A stretch of 64,000 bases of DNA, taken from NCBI GenBank assembly GCA_028534125.1, contig CM052817.1, positions 102,178,001 to 102,242,000 on the forward strand, written 5' to 3'. The translations under genes were made by a program, and so were the position numbers. A model generated the notes under the pieces. It worked only from the letters and a program-made list of their open reading frames with translations, was not told the origin of the DNA and made no database searches. Below, in pieces: positions 1 through 12,479 of the stretch. The stretch comes from Lama glama. Its lineage: Eukaryota. Each line of letters begins with the position of its first letter. Position 1 is the first letter of the stretch.

Positions 1-190
1 AAGCCTGCTAATTCTGCCTCTCCCATTCATTCCCTTGGAAAGCACAATAAAGCCCCTTGCCCAGAGTTTTCTATTTCTCCCTCTGCCTCCTGACTGACCT
101 CAGTGTGCACACCACATACACCCGCTCCCATAATGTGGTGTGCCCCTCCTCTTGGGATCTGTGAGTGTAACATCCTGTTTGTTCCTTACC
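1..190 (+). mobile_element. 3' part of an old ERVL-type LTR (MER21/MER77-like)
   Basis: aataaagcc...ctccctctgcctcctgactgacc...cccctcctcttgggatctgtgagt resembles an ERVL LTR 3' end. Family uncertain. Confidence 0.45.
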
Positions 191-430
191 CATACCTAAA
201 TAACAATAAAACCTACATTAAACTAGGCAGGGGGCAGACTAGCTCCCAGCTGTAACACAGCTGGGCTCAGGATATCACACCAACAGGAGCGTGAGTCCTT
301 GAATGTAAAGTACCCACAGGAAGGATGTTTCTCTTGTAACAAAACTGAAATATGTTTATTATGTTGGACGGTTTTCCATCTACAAAACAAGGAGTTTTTA
401 CAGAAGAATATTCTGATTCGCATACATCAT

Positions 431-903
431 TGTCTTAGTCTATTTGAAATGCTGTAAGAAATAAACAACAGAAATTGATCTCTCATGGTTCTGAAGGCTA
501 GAAGTCCAAGATCGGGGCGCCAGAATGGCTGGGTTCTGGTGAAGGCCTGGAGACTGACACGTTTTTAAAAAAATGTTTTTGGGCAGGAGGTAATCAGGTT
601 GTTTGTTTGTTTTAATAGAAGTACTGGGGATTGAACTCAGAATCTTGTGCATGCTAAGCACACACTCTACCACTGAGCTATACGCTCCCCTCTGAGACTG
701 CCAACTTTTGCTATATCCTCAGACAGCAGAAGAGGCTAGGGAGCCCTCTGGGACCTCTTTCATAGGGCACTAATTCCATTCATGAGGGCTCCACCCTCAT
801 GACCTAACCACCTTCTAAAGGCCCCACCTCCTAAAACCATCACCTTGGGCTTTAGGGTTTCAACATACGAATTTGCGGGGGACACAAGCATTCAGCCCAG
901 AGC
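431..903. mobile_element. MaLR LTR (MLT1A-like), interrupted by a SINE
   Basis: tgtcttagtc...tctcatggttctgaaggctagaagtccaagatc...cactaattccattcatgagggctccaccctcatgacctaacc...ggggacacaagcattcag is a typical MLT1A pattern. Confidence 0.8.
562..690 (-). mobile_element. Camelid tRNA-derived SINE (Vic-1-like), long form
   Basis: Reverse complement reads ggggagcgtatagctcagtggtagagtgtgtgcttagcatgcacaagattctgagttcaatccccagtac, with A and B boxes and an A-rich tail. Confidence 0.9.
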
Positions 904-1939
904 AATCATGAAACTGCTGAATGTCTCCTTTGATTTCTAAACTAGTAAAAACTGCTACACAGTCTGTAAACATTTTCTTAGTTATCCTGAAAATAAAATA
1001 CCTTTTGGCTTGGGGAAAAAAAAAAACAACGCATCTCCTTTGGTCAATCTGGGAAAGCTCTGTGGAGAGACGGTGTGGTTCAAGATGCATCTGAATGTTG
1101 CAGTAGAGACTTGGTGAACTGAGGGTGAAAGCTGGCATTCTTCTAGAGTAAGTGTGTAGAGTAAGTTCAATATAGAAACAGAAAGAAACAAACAAGGAGG
1201 TTTAAATTAAATATCTGAGTTGATTTTTTTTTTTATTCAACGGCCAATGCTCCTAATTAATGCACTACTTTTTGGCAGTAAAAAATTTCTGGCGTCAAGT
1301 GATCCTATTTATATTAAGATACTTTCTACATACACTTTTGCAAAATCATCTGAAGAAACCAGCTAATTAGAGACAGATGTTTGACAACTACAGCATTAGA
1401 TTTAAACTGATTATGCAAATCTAGGATGGTCTTACACAATTGTCTCCAAATCTGTTAAGAATCTATTTCTGAAGCCTTTATGAGTAAATGTTTGAGTGCA
1501 TATATTGGGCTTAAAATAATCACATAGACTTGAATTAACCTAAACTCCTCTGTTTACTCTTGCTTTTGTTTCCTACTTCTTTACTTACATAGAAGCAAAA
1601 ATTCCCGAAACCACACAGACAGAGGTTGGTAAAATCTAACCAAATAGATCATTGTAATTTTATTGAATATAAATGACTTTATTTTCAAACTGGTTTCTAC
1701 ATGTTTACTTGTAATAAATATATTTAGACTCATTTCTCCCACCAATTCATGTCTTAAGTAGGTGGCTTCTTCCACTAATTTCAAAAGAGAAAGATTAGAC
1801 CAGAAAGGTGTTAGCAGTATCTATGTACACATGTGAGTAGCAAGCATATAAAAAAGAAACAAGGAAAGTCTCGAAAGCAGACTATGTGAAAAAATAAACG
1901 TGTTGCATAGTGTGTACAGAAGGCTCTCTCTGCCGTAAT

Positions 1940-4640
1940 GCAATGGAAGTTCAACAAGCTTTTTCTAAAACGTACTTGGAAATGTACATAGTCAGGAACA
2001 ACCAAGGCAACCTTGAAAATGAAGGGCAAAGCTAAACAAATACATGATAGTATAACCTATTATAAAGCTCATATAATTAAGAGAGTATGGAGCTAGTGCA
2101 AAGGTAGACAAATAGGTAAAAAATAGGGTGTAAAAAATAGACACATATACAGTCACATGATTCATGACAAATGTGACGCTACAGGGTAGTGCAGAAAGAG
2201 GAATCATTTCAGTAAGTGGTCCTGGGTCAACTGAATATCCATATTGGGAGAAAAAAACCTTCCTTCCACTAGATTGAAAAAATAAGTGCAAAGAGTAAAA
2301 CAATAAAATTTTTGGAAGAAAACACAATAGAATACCTTCATCTCCCTTAAAAGGACAGAAAAAGTATTAGCTGTAAAGGGTAACAAATAGATAAACTGAG
2401 TTTTATTAGAATTAAGAGTTTCTGTTCCGAAATACACACATAGACATAGGATACAGACTTGTGGTTGCCAAGGGGATGGGGGATGGGAAGAGATAGACTG
2501 GGATTTCAAAATTGTAGAATAGATAAACAAGATTATACTGTATAGCACAGGGAAATATATACAAGATCTTATGGTAGCTCACAGAGAAAGGAATGTGACA
2601 ATGAATATATATATATGTTCATGTATAACTGAAAAATTGTGCTTTACACTGGAATTTGACACAACATTGTAAAATGATTATAAATCAATAAAAAATGTTA
2701 AAAAAAAGTTTCTGTTCCTCTAAAGACTCATTAAGGGAGTGAAAAGGCAAGCCACAGAATGCAAGAAGATATCTGCATGAATCCGTCCAACAGAGGGCTT
2801 GCATGCCAAAAATGTAAAGAATTCATAGAAATCAATAAGGAAAAAAAGCCAACAGTACAACAGAAAGTGGGTAAAGAATTAAATAGACACCTCACAAAAT
2901 AAGTTATACAAATAGCCAACAAATAAATGAAAAAGTGCTCAATTCAGTAGTTATCACAGAAATGCAAAGTAAAATCCCAACGTGATATACCACCACGCAG
3001 GTACAGAACTCCTATACTTAAAAGGACATTAAATTCCAAATGTTGGGGCGGATGTAGAAGAAATGAAACTGGTGGGAGTATAAATTAGTACAACTATTCT
3101 GAAAAGTTGTTTGATTTTCTTATAACCTAGCAATTCCATTCCTAAACATAGACCCCATATAAATGCTTACTTTTGTTCCAAAAATTACATGTATAAGACA
3201 GTGAATAGAAATATTATTTGTCATAGCCTAAAACGGATTCTGTCAATTACAAAACAGATTAAAAATTATTGCAAATTCACATAAGGTAAGACTATAAGTA
3301 ATGAGAATCAATGAACTCTTGTTACACACTCCAGCGTGAATGGTACTCACAAATAATGTTCCACAAAAGAAACAATAAAAGCACATACAGTATGAATGCA
3401 TTCACTGAAAGTTTAAAAACAGGCAGATAATGTTTAGTATTAGAAGTCAATAGTGACTATCCTTAAAGGGTGGGCGGGATAGTTACAGTAAAGGGCCAAG
3501 GGAGGGGCTCCCAGGGTACTGGTAATGTTTCTTCATCTGCTTCTATGCATGCGTTTTCATTTTGCAAAAATCCATTGAGCTGTACACTTCTGATTTGTGC
3601 AATCTTCTGCACATACTTTATATGTTAATGTGAAAGTTTACCAAAAAAGACATAAGAGCTGAGTTGAAAGTCCCTCACTGATCCAAGATGGGTCAATTAA
3701 TAGGAACATCAGAAACTGTAAGATAAGCAACATACAAAATGCATCGAATATATTAGCATCCAAGAATTTATCATCAAACTAGGAAAAAAGACATCAGTAA
3801 CCTTTGGAGATGGTAAACTGCACCCACTCATATTATTCTAAAAACTGACAAAATTAAGTGAAATAAACAAGCATTATCCTGCCTTTCTTGTATGAATTAA
3901 ATTTCAGTGTAATCAAATAGTTGATGAGAGAGCATTTTTCTTAATTGAAGGATTTCAGATAATAAATGCAAAAAGAATAATAGAATTCAAAAATCACTCT
4001 GTTGCGACCCTTAATGAAATAACGTATGTGTCTGCTGATGCAGTAGGAAGCACACAGCACCCCCTAAATAAAGCCAGAACTAATCAGGTCTCTGGCTCGA
4101 AATGTCAGTTTATAGGAACTACAATAAAAGAACACAGTAAATGAATCCTGAGGATGTAATTAGCCACATTTAGAACACGGAAAATTTACAGACAATTGAT
4201 CTGATTTTTTTTTTCCAAAAATAAATACCACAGGAGAAAAAGGTAAGGAGGAAGGATAGGGGCTGACTATTCCAGATTGAAATTTAAGGGCTACAGCAAT
4301 CACGTCCACTTGTGAACGTATTTGGATCTTGATTCAAACACGCCAACTGTTAAAAGACATTTTTAGGTAATCCAGTAAATTTTAAACGGAATGGATTTTA
4401 GCTATTATTAAAGAATTATTATTAATGTATTGTAGATGTGTTTTTTCAAAGTTATTATCTGCTAGAGATACTACTGAATTATTTATGGATGAAATGATAC
4501 AGTGTCTGATATTTGACTCCAAAGACTCCAGCAAAGGACAGAAGTAGTGATTTATGAAACAAGATTGGCCAATTGTTGATTGATAATCCTTGGTACTCTG
4601 TAATGTATACACAGTGGTTCACTTTGCAGTATCTTTAAAA
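1940..4640 (+). mobile_element. Old L1M ORF2 and 3'UTR fragments, degenerate
   Basis: L1-typical tracts (aatggaagttcaacaagctttttctaaaa, gaaaaggcaagccacagaatg, atgaaaaagtgctcaa, cctagcaattccattcctaa, ttgagctgtacactt). No intact ORF. Confidence 0.75.
2429..2706 (+). mobile_element. Young 5'-truncated camelid L1 3'UTR (type A) nested in old L1
   Basis: Ends aaatcaataaaaaatgttaaaaaaa. 12-bp TSD agtttctgttcc at 2417-2428 and 2707-2718. Near-identical to the copy at 49425-49728. Confidence 0.9.
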
Positions 4641-4660
4641 TTTCATACATAAAGACTTAC

Positions 4661-4852
4661 CCCATCTTTAGCTTTCACTAAGAGGTCATAGGTGGCTGGG
4701 TCTCTTTCCCTGTCGATATCCTGAGAAACACAGATTTGCCCATCCAGTGGGTCGATCTGGAATGCTTGAGGCGCTTCATAGCTTTGGAATCCGGCATAAA
4801 GAGAATACTCCACAAAGCCATAGAGTCCTGCGTCTGCATCGGAGGCTTTTAC
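4661..4852 (-). CDS. DCHS2: Internal coding exon of dachsous cadherin-related 2 (probably exon 2), part of an extracellular cadherin repeat
   Basis: The minus strand reads ctcctgtcttgtag|GTAAAAGCC...AAAGATGGG|gtaagt, with a canonical acceptor and donor, 192 nt, phase 0/0. Translation VKASDADAGLYGFVEYSLYAGFQSYEAPQAFQIDPLDGQICVSQDIDRERDPATYDLLVKAKDG has the cadherin Ca-binding motifs (AxDxD, DRE, AxDG). It closely matches my recollection of human DCHS2 (VTASDADSGLYGFIEYSLYDGFLSYEAPQAFRIDPHDGQICVSQDIDRERDPATYDLLVEAKDG). Confidence 0.95.
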
Positions 4853-5832
4853 CTACAAGACAGGAGGTGGATGAGCAAGGAAAGAGAAATGCTAGCACCG
4901 CCTTTCCACAGGTCGTGAATCACTGGCATGATGTGCACAACCGAGTGGTCCCCATGGCAACTCACAAAGTGTAGTGGTGTTCCCTCTCTCTTCTCTTGCC
5001 TTCTGTGACAACTCACCCTCACTCTCCTCCTCCCTTTGGGAGTTCTCCTTCTCAGTCTCCTCTGCCCATTCCTATATTTCACACAATCTCTGAAAGTTTG
5101 TGTTCCCGAGGGCTCAGCCCTTAGTCCATTTGCCTTCTTCCTCCACTCGCTATACCTAAGCGATCTCGTCCAATCTCAAGGGTTTCAAACATCCATATGC
5201 TAACAACCTGACAGCATATCTGTGGATCCCCCCTCATCCCTAAGCCCTTCACGTGATGGGCTCAACACCCTGCCCTCACCCTTTCAGTGCAAAACAAGGA
5301 AAGGCAAAGAAATCAGGTGCAGTTGCTAGCAATCCAATCCAACTGACAGAATCTACCCTGCAGCATGAGATCTGAACTTCCCAAGCCAGATTTCCTTCTG
5401 TGAGTAATGCCCCCATCAGAGTCCCAAACCGTCATGCAGACTGAACACTGCACAGAGGCACCCTGCCCAGGTGCTGCGTGGGAGGGAAAGCCAGCCTGTG
5501 CTCTGCTTTCCCAAACAGGTACACTGACATGGATCTCTAACTGTCCAGAGGAAAGGGTATCTTTCTCTTCGACCACAGATACCATTTATGTTGGCAGTGA
5601 TCCTATGCCTGGAAGGAAAGACGAAGCAACTGGAATTATGGAAGCGCTTCGCTTATTCATACTAACTGTGGGAGCATACAGTGAGAAAGACAACAGGCTA
5701 GCGACAGAACTCAAAAGTATCCTTGAGCTCACAGGCTTGGTGTAACTCCTTTGATTTGCAACCCAATTCATAGGAACAGGATACATCTAAATAGCACTTA
5801 CAATGGAAGAAGCACTTTAAGGGAGGATCAAC

Positions 5833-5930
5833 CAAGAAGAAGAAGGAGAGAAGAAGGAGGAAGAAAAGAAGGAGGAGGAGGAAGAGGAGAGAAAGAGCAG
5901 AAGGAGAAGGAGGGGGAGGAGAAGAAAGAA
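5833..5930 (+). repeat. Purine-rich (GAA/GGA) low-complexity tract
   Basis: aagaagaagaaggagagaagaaggaggaagaaaagaaggaggaggaggaagagg..., almost entirely purine. Confidence 0.9.
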
Positions 5931-6004
5931 AACAAAGAACTCCATGCCACACAGCAGGTACCATTCGAACTGCTACCGTACATTACATACTTGTAACCTA
6001 CAAC

Positions 6005-6140
6005 GAACTCCATTTCACAGATGATAGAAGTCAGGCCCAGGGAGCTAAAGCAACATGCCAAAGACCACATAGCTAAAGAGTCAAAACTAGGATTCAAGTC
6101 CAGGCACTTGAGAAGCAGGCGGCACGCTCCTAACGAGCGT
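6005..6140. mobile_element. MIR SINE fragment
   Basis: ccatttcacagatgatagaagtcaggcccagggagctaaagcaacatgccaaagaccacatagcta...ggattcaagtccagg matches the MIR core. Confidence 0.7.
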
Positions 6141-6999
6141 GCCATCCTGCCTCTCGGGTGTCACCCCTTGTCATTTCATCATTGCATCCTTTACTTACTG
6201 AAAAAACACTCCCCCAATCCGCTGACCTTCCTTCAGTGAAGAAGTCGCTAGATCATGTGTAACATCATTCCAAATGACTTTTCACTTCACACATGTGGCT
6301 TTCTCACCAGAACATCATTAACATGAAGAAAGGCAACCAACAGTGATGCCTGTGCTCTTGAGTCTTAGCTGAACTTTCTGTTTTCCATGGCCAAATTCCA
6401 GCTGGGTCCTCATAAGTGGAAAACTAGACAAAATGATGACCATTGAAAATAAAAGGCAATTAAGTGGATCGATTCAGAAAGTCCAACAACCAAACCAGTA
6501 GACATTCCGTTAAAAAAAAAAAAAGAGTGGAGAACAGAGACAATGGAAGAAGGAGCAGCTGGTCTTTGGTTCACAGAACAGATAACTGGTGGGGCTCCCA
6601 AAGCCACCACAACAAGAGAGGAGACAGCGGAGGAGGCAGTCTGGTTTTTGACTTCCTCAGCCCAGAAGTTAGGTTCAGCTCACATTTCACTGGACAGAAC
6701 TAGTTATCTGGCCCCAACCTAATTTATAGGGAGACCAGGAAACACAGAGGACCACAAAGGTATTTGCTGAATACAGTCTCTGTCACAAGTGCCACTTCAT
6801 CTCAATAGGAAGGCAAGCCCATATGATTCTGTAAGTCTCCAAGTAGCCTCTACTATGTAGTGAAATTTAAGTAAGTGGAAAGTCATACCCAGTGAAGGTT
6901 CCCCAATGTTCTCCTACTACAGATTTAGTTTTAGCAGTCCTACATAGGTCTGTAAGGCTCTTTGGAGGGAAGCAAAATAGAGGACAATCAATCATCTAC

Positions 7000-7530
7000 T
7001 TTTTTTTGCAGTATGGTCAGTTACAATGTGTCAGTCTCTGGTGTAGAGCACAATGTCCCAGTCGTAAGTGTACATACATATATGCATTTTCATATTCTTT
7101 TTCATTAAAGGTTATTACAAGATATTGAACATAGTTCTCTGTGCTATACAGAAGAAATTTTTTTTAATCTATTATTATATATAGTAGTTAATATGTGCAA
7201 ATTTTGAACTCCCAAATTTATCCCTTTCCACCCCATTTCTCCCCAGTAATCACAAGATTGTTTACTATGTCTGCAAGTTTGTTTATGTTTTGTAGATGAG
7301 TCCATTAGGTGTCTTCTTTTTTTCTTTTTTAGATTCCACATATAAGCAATATCATATGGTGTTTTTCTTTCTCTTTCTGGCTTACTTCACATAGAATGAC
7401 TATCTCCAGGTCCATCCATGTTGCTGCAAGTGGCATTATTTCATTATTTTTTATGGCTGAGTAGTATTCCATTGCGTAAATATCCCACAACTTCTTTATC
7501 CAGTCATCTGTCAATGGACATTTAGGTTAC
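7000..7530 (-). mobile_element. Camelid/artiodactyl L1 3' end (type B)
   Basis: The minus-strand [54 protein letters not shown] is the L1 ORF2 C-terminus, followed by 3'UTR. Homologous to 47461-47881 and 54226-54689. Confidence 0.9.
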
Positions 7531-7760
7531 TATTCTTACTATCTATACTCATTTAACTCCAGACTGAAAAAAAGATCTACTATTCATCAATACAATATAC
7601 CTTCAGAAGCTAAACCTTAATTATTATGCTTCCCGAAGGAAACCCCATCCCAGTAACATGTTCAACCACCACAAGCTCTCAAGAAGCCTGCCCTTCATCC
7701 CACTCTAACTTGAGTATATACCTGGAGTGTGACTTTGGGGGCTACCTGTGTAGTCTAGCC

Positions 7761-7967
7761 CAGTGTTCTGCATCAGGGGCAAGTTTGCCCCCATGAGAAC
7801 ATTCAGCATTGTCTGGAGACAGTCCAGTTGCCACAGCTGGGGAGAAGGTGCTGCTGGCATCTGGCGGGTTGAAGCCAGAGATACTGCTAAGTCATACACG
7901 GAATAGACTCCACAACAAAGAATTTTCTGGCCCAAGATATCAAGAATACCAAGGCTGAGAACCCCTG
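7761..7967. mobile_element. MER20-like hAT DNA transposon relic
   Basis: cagtgttct...ggggcaagtttgccccc...tgtctggagaca...gtgctgctggcatctggcgggttgaagccagagatactgctaa...ggctgagaacccctg. Confidence 0.8.
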
Positions 7968-9929
7968 CATACGATGAGAGTCTTAACAATTGGCAATGTT
8001 ATTTCCCTCTTTAATTTTTTTCAGGTGATGACACAGTCTTTTAAATTTATCTTTGCTCGCATCTATCTCATACCCTCTGGCAAAATTATTCATCCTGTGC
8101 AACCAGTTAACATGCTTGTGCGTTATTCTTCCCATCAGATGGGCGGAACCAGGAAATCCACAAACTACCCCACTACAAAGAACTAAATTCCAAGTACATT
8201 TGGTCTATTCCATTCTGGCAGCTGTTAATGATTTAGTAGCTTCAAGTTCCCAAAGACACCAAATATATCTTCTAAAACCATATGGTATTCTCAATAACTT
8301 TGGCTTGATTGGAAGATAAATACAATGAACTTCAAATTTTGAAATTCATTCTCAGTGTATAATAGCACATATTAAGAAGCAATTTGGCTTATATAAAACA
8401 AATTTTCTTATTTCCACTTTCAAGAACGTTTTCTCATCTGAACCTTTGGCAAAGCAAAATATAAGGAGGCAAAAGTAGAAGGGCGCTGATCCCAGTTTAT
8501 GTTAGCAGTTCAGGTCCTGAGTTTCAGAGTCATAAAATAAGGATATATTCCTCCCTGTGTTACTCAACTCCCTAAAAATACTGACCTGATATTCCAGAAC
8601 AGCATATCCTACCTATTAATAACTGGTTTTGAATGTCTATAATTAATTTAGCATTTTTAAGAGGTCTATATTTTCCAATATCTATTGACTTACACACAAA
8701 ATTTAAGTAATTTAAAATAAGAGAAAATGGAACTGGCTTTGCCTAATTTTCAAGAGGAAATCCTGGTGAGTAAATACGTTCAGTAGGCCCTTTCTTCAGA
8801 GATGGCTGTCAAATCAAAGTGAGAAGCATCTGTTCAGAGTCTATTATCACTATCTTTGGTGTTAAATTGGGGATCTAGGGATCTCAGGAGGCTCTTATCC
8901 CTAAATCTACTTGGAGAGCCACAGTCCAGCACCCTCCATGCCATCCTTGTGTTCCTCATCTCAACCTCAATTTACCTGTTTTGGACTGGGATGAATTTGA
9001 TGATTTTTACTTTCAACTTATTCTAACTGAGAACTGTTCTCTCTTAGTGTGAGCTTTCACAAATTTAATGGAGGCATTATAAAGATGCAAAATATTAATA
9101 TAATATTAATAGTTCCCTGATTCCATTATTAGGGTCCTGAAACTTAAAGAATTTTCACCACTTCCTTCCTTTTAACTTCTGGGTAAGGATTTTTCCATAT
9201 GAATGTGTCATGGAGACAAGGAAAACTGCCTCTTGAAAATATGTTCTCATACCCTACAAATAGGTTGGATCTATTTGCTTTCCTCTCACCAGCATAGCCT
9301 CCCTCTTTCTGGGAAGGTCTCTTCTTCAACAACTGGGCAACTGCCCAGCCAACTGGCACCCAAAAACCCAAAAGTCAACCGAAAGTCAAGAGGTGATATA
9401 TTGTTAGCAACACCGTCCCTTCCTACTGCTGGGCAATCACATCACTCAACTTAGTAGCTGCTATATAAAAGCCTTAGAGCCCAATCAAAAAAAAAGAAAA
9501 AAAGAAAAAGAGCAATGAAACCAAAGCATCCTAGAAAAAAAAAAAGGCTGTATTTCAAATGAAGTTTAAAATTAAATAACACATTTTAATTTTTTTCTTG
9601 TTATAATTTTCAAAGTTTCTGCCATAAACATAAACTAATGTGAAGAAACAAGGTTGTTGACACAACACACTCACACATAGAACTTCAAAAAGAAAGAAGG
9701 AGAAAAAGAAATCACCAGATAACTTTTTACATTTGATGTCCTTGGCCAACCAAAGATCCTACAGCTGAAACAGGATAATAGTCCGATGGAAGTTGGATTC
9801 AGAACTGGGGACTACAATGGTATCAAGCAGGCCACTATTTTGGCAAGGTGGCCAACGACCAGGTCTTACCAAGTCTAATAAGCAAGGCTGGGTCCTTATT
9901 TTCTACACCCCTTAGCTGCCTGTCACACA

Positions 9930-11050
9930 CTTAATCATCTTCTTATTGGAACATCTCCTCATCAGACACCGCACTCCGATCCTCCTCCTGTTGGAACACC
10001 TCACTGACTGCTTTCAGTTCCCTTTACTGGCTCTGTTCTCTTCCTGCCCTCTGAACTTTGCAGTGCCCTGGAGCTCAGTCTGGGGACCACTTCACTTTCA
10101 ATCCACACTTATTGTCTGAATGGGGTTGAACGGTGGTCCTCCAAAAGACTTGTCTGCCTCCTAATCCCTGGAAATTGTATTTTATTTTATCAAAGAGTGA
10201 CTATTACCCCGTATTGCCAAAAATGTGATTAAGTTAACAATTTTGCCAGGAGTTTATCCTGGATGGTCTAGATGAGTCCTTAATCCAATGTCCTTGTAAG
10301 AAAGAGGCACAGAGATGTGGCAGACAGAGGAGGAGGAAGCTACGTGAACATGGAAGCAGAGAGTGGAGTGATGGGGCCCCAAGTCCAGGAACACTTCACA
10401 GGCATCAGAAGCTGGAAAAAAACAAAGAAGGGTTTACCCGCTAGAGGCCCCAGAGGAGACAAGGCCTGCTGCATTTGGAAGTCTAACCTCTAGAACCATA
10501 AGCAACAATAATTTCTATTGCTTTAAGCCATGAAGTTCATGGTTATTGGTTACCAAAGTCCTAGGACACTAATCCACAGCCCTGAGTGATCTGGCCCAAG
10601 CCCAAGGCATTAAATCCATGTATATTCCCCCAATGTTGTATCTTGGTCTTGCCCTCCAGATTCAGGCATCATCCTGCCACCAATTACACCTCCTCTCAAG
10701 CGTCTAATAGGCACTTCAAATATAATATGATCAAATAAAACTCTTCAGTCCCACTGCTCCAAAATCTGCTCTTCCCCAAGTGTTTTTAGTGACTGGCACT
10801 ACGATTCACTTACTGTATCAGCAGCCAGAGATATTACTGAAACAACAGCAAATTGTGTCACCCACCCTGAGAGCACGTATCTCTACATGACATCATATAT
10901 TTTTATTTATTTGTGTATGCAGTATTTGTCTTCCCTGCTGCAATTACGCTGATCTTGCTCCCTGCTGCATCTCCAGCACCCACAGCAGTAATGCCTGGCT
11001 CATACTGAAGATGCTATAAAAATGTGTGGCATGAATGAATGTATCTAATG
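9930..11050. mobile_element. L2 fragments split by an MLT1 LTR
   Basis: L2-typical tracts on both sides of the LTR, ending in tgcctggctcatactg...tgaatgaatg. Confidence 0.6.
10116..10575. mobile_element. MaLR LTR (MLT1C/D-like)
   Basis: ggggttgaacggtggtcctccaaaaga...gtgaacatggaagcagagagtggagtgatg...cagaagctggaa...ataatttctattgctttaagcca...ggacactaatcca. Confidence 0.8.
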
Positions 11051-11139
11051 CTATGTATAAAATGCAAGCATGTTTTAGAAATAGCTCTCAGAACTAGTCT
11101 CTCTAGTTTGACTCTTAGGGAAAACACAGAAGAACAAGA

Positions 11140-11902
11140 TAGCCTTACAAAAACCACGGACACCCTCCGGAGGTTCACGCACTGCCCAGCCATGGTCAAC
11201 CCATCATGTTTTTTTTGACACAGCCATAGCCAGCGAGCTCTTGGCCCATGTCTCTTTTGAGCTGTTTCCAAACAAATTTCCAAAGACAAGCAGAAAACTG
11301 TCGTGCTCTGAGCACTGGGGAGAAGGGATTTGTTACAAGGGTTCCTGCTTTCAGAGAATTACTCCAGTGTTTACGGGTCAGGGTGGTGACTTCACATGCC
11401 AATATGGCAAAGGCAGCAAGTTCATCTAAGGGAGAAATTTGATGATGATAATTTTATCCTGAAGCATATGGGTCCGGGCATCTTGTCCATGGCATATGCT
11501 GGACCCAATATGAATGGTTCCAAGTTTTTCATCTGCGCTGCCCAGATAGAATGGTGGAATGGCAAGCATGTGGTGCTTGGCAAGGTGAAAGAGGGAATGA
11601 ATATTGTGCAAACCATGAAAAGGTATGGGGTAGGAATGGCAAGACCAAAGAGAAAAAAAATCACCCTTGCCCACGGTGGATAACTCTTATCAATTTGACT
11701 TGCATTTTATCTTAACCACCAGACCATTCCTTCTGTAGCTCAGGAGAGCACCCGCTATTCCCTGCCTGCGGGCAATACCCCATGATCTCTGTGTTCTCCC
11801 TGCACTTCTTCGGGTTCCATATTTTCCTTGTCCCCCTCTAGGTCTTTCTGGATGGCAGAGTTAAGTTTATGGTTGTGAACTAAAACTTAAACAGTGACAA
11901 CA
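11140..11902 (+). pseudogene. PPIA: Processed pseudogene of cyclophilin A (PPIA), antisense to the host gene
   Basis: Intronless. Start gccATGGTCAACCC at 11192, and recognisable peptides [43 protein letters not shown] and [16 protein letters not shown] split across frames by frameshifts and stops. PPIA-type 3'UTR (ttatcttaaccaccagaccattccttctgtagctcaggagagcaccc). 14-bp TSD acagaagaacaaga at 11126-11139 and 11903-11916. Confidence 0.95.
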
Positions 11903-12479
11903 ACAGAAGAACAAGACATTTCACAACACCCAGAAAACACTCATTGAGGAATATTTTTTTAATTTCCAAAACACAATCTGTTCACCAAACTGTATTATCA
12001 TAGCATAAAATCCAAAATGCTAAAACTGGCAAAAGAAAATGAAAACTATCTTAAGGCATGTGGAACCATTCAGAAGTTGGAAACAAAACTGTATTTTATT
12101 TTCACTTTTTAAAATGTATTTTCAGAGAAGTTGACCGAGCTGTTAGAATAAACGGAATATATACTATCATATTGCAATTTTTAAAAAGGTTACTGTTCTG
12201 ATAACATGTTTTTATTGCCTTAATTAAGGAATGGGATTAAGAAACCACTAATCCTGCTACTTCTTGCCCACTCTTCCCCCTACCCCACAAAAAAAAAAAA
12301 AAAGCCAAAAGAAATTTTGTGAGAAGAGACCAGTGGGGAAGGGTGAGGTTGTAACTTGTTCTATGAGTTATTACAAAGTAAACAATTGAAAAACAGTGTG
12401 ATCCGAAAACAAAAAAAGTTGGCAGGCAGGTCCATAGAAGACAAAAGTAGGACCTGAAACAGTTCCTGGTAAACCTACT

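Noticed and set aside
4736..4974. Plus-strand ORFs overlapping the DCHS2 exon
   Set aside because: Antisense shadows of the real minus-strand exon, with no independent support.
5698..6145. Charged or hydrophobic low-complexity ORFs
   Set aside because: Translations of the GAA/GGA purine tract.
11396..11683. 95-aa cyclophilin-like ORF as a functional gene
   Set aside because: It is a fragment of a frameshifted processed pseudogene, and the N-terminal catalytic region is out of frame.
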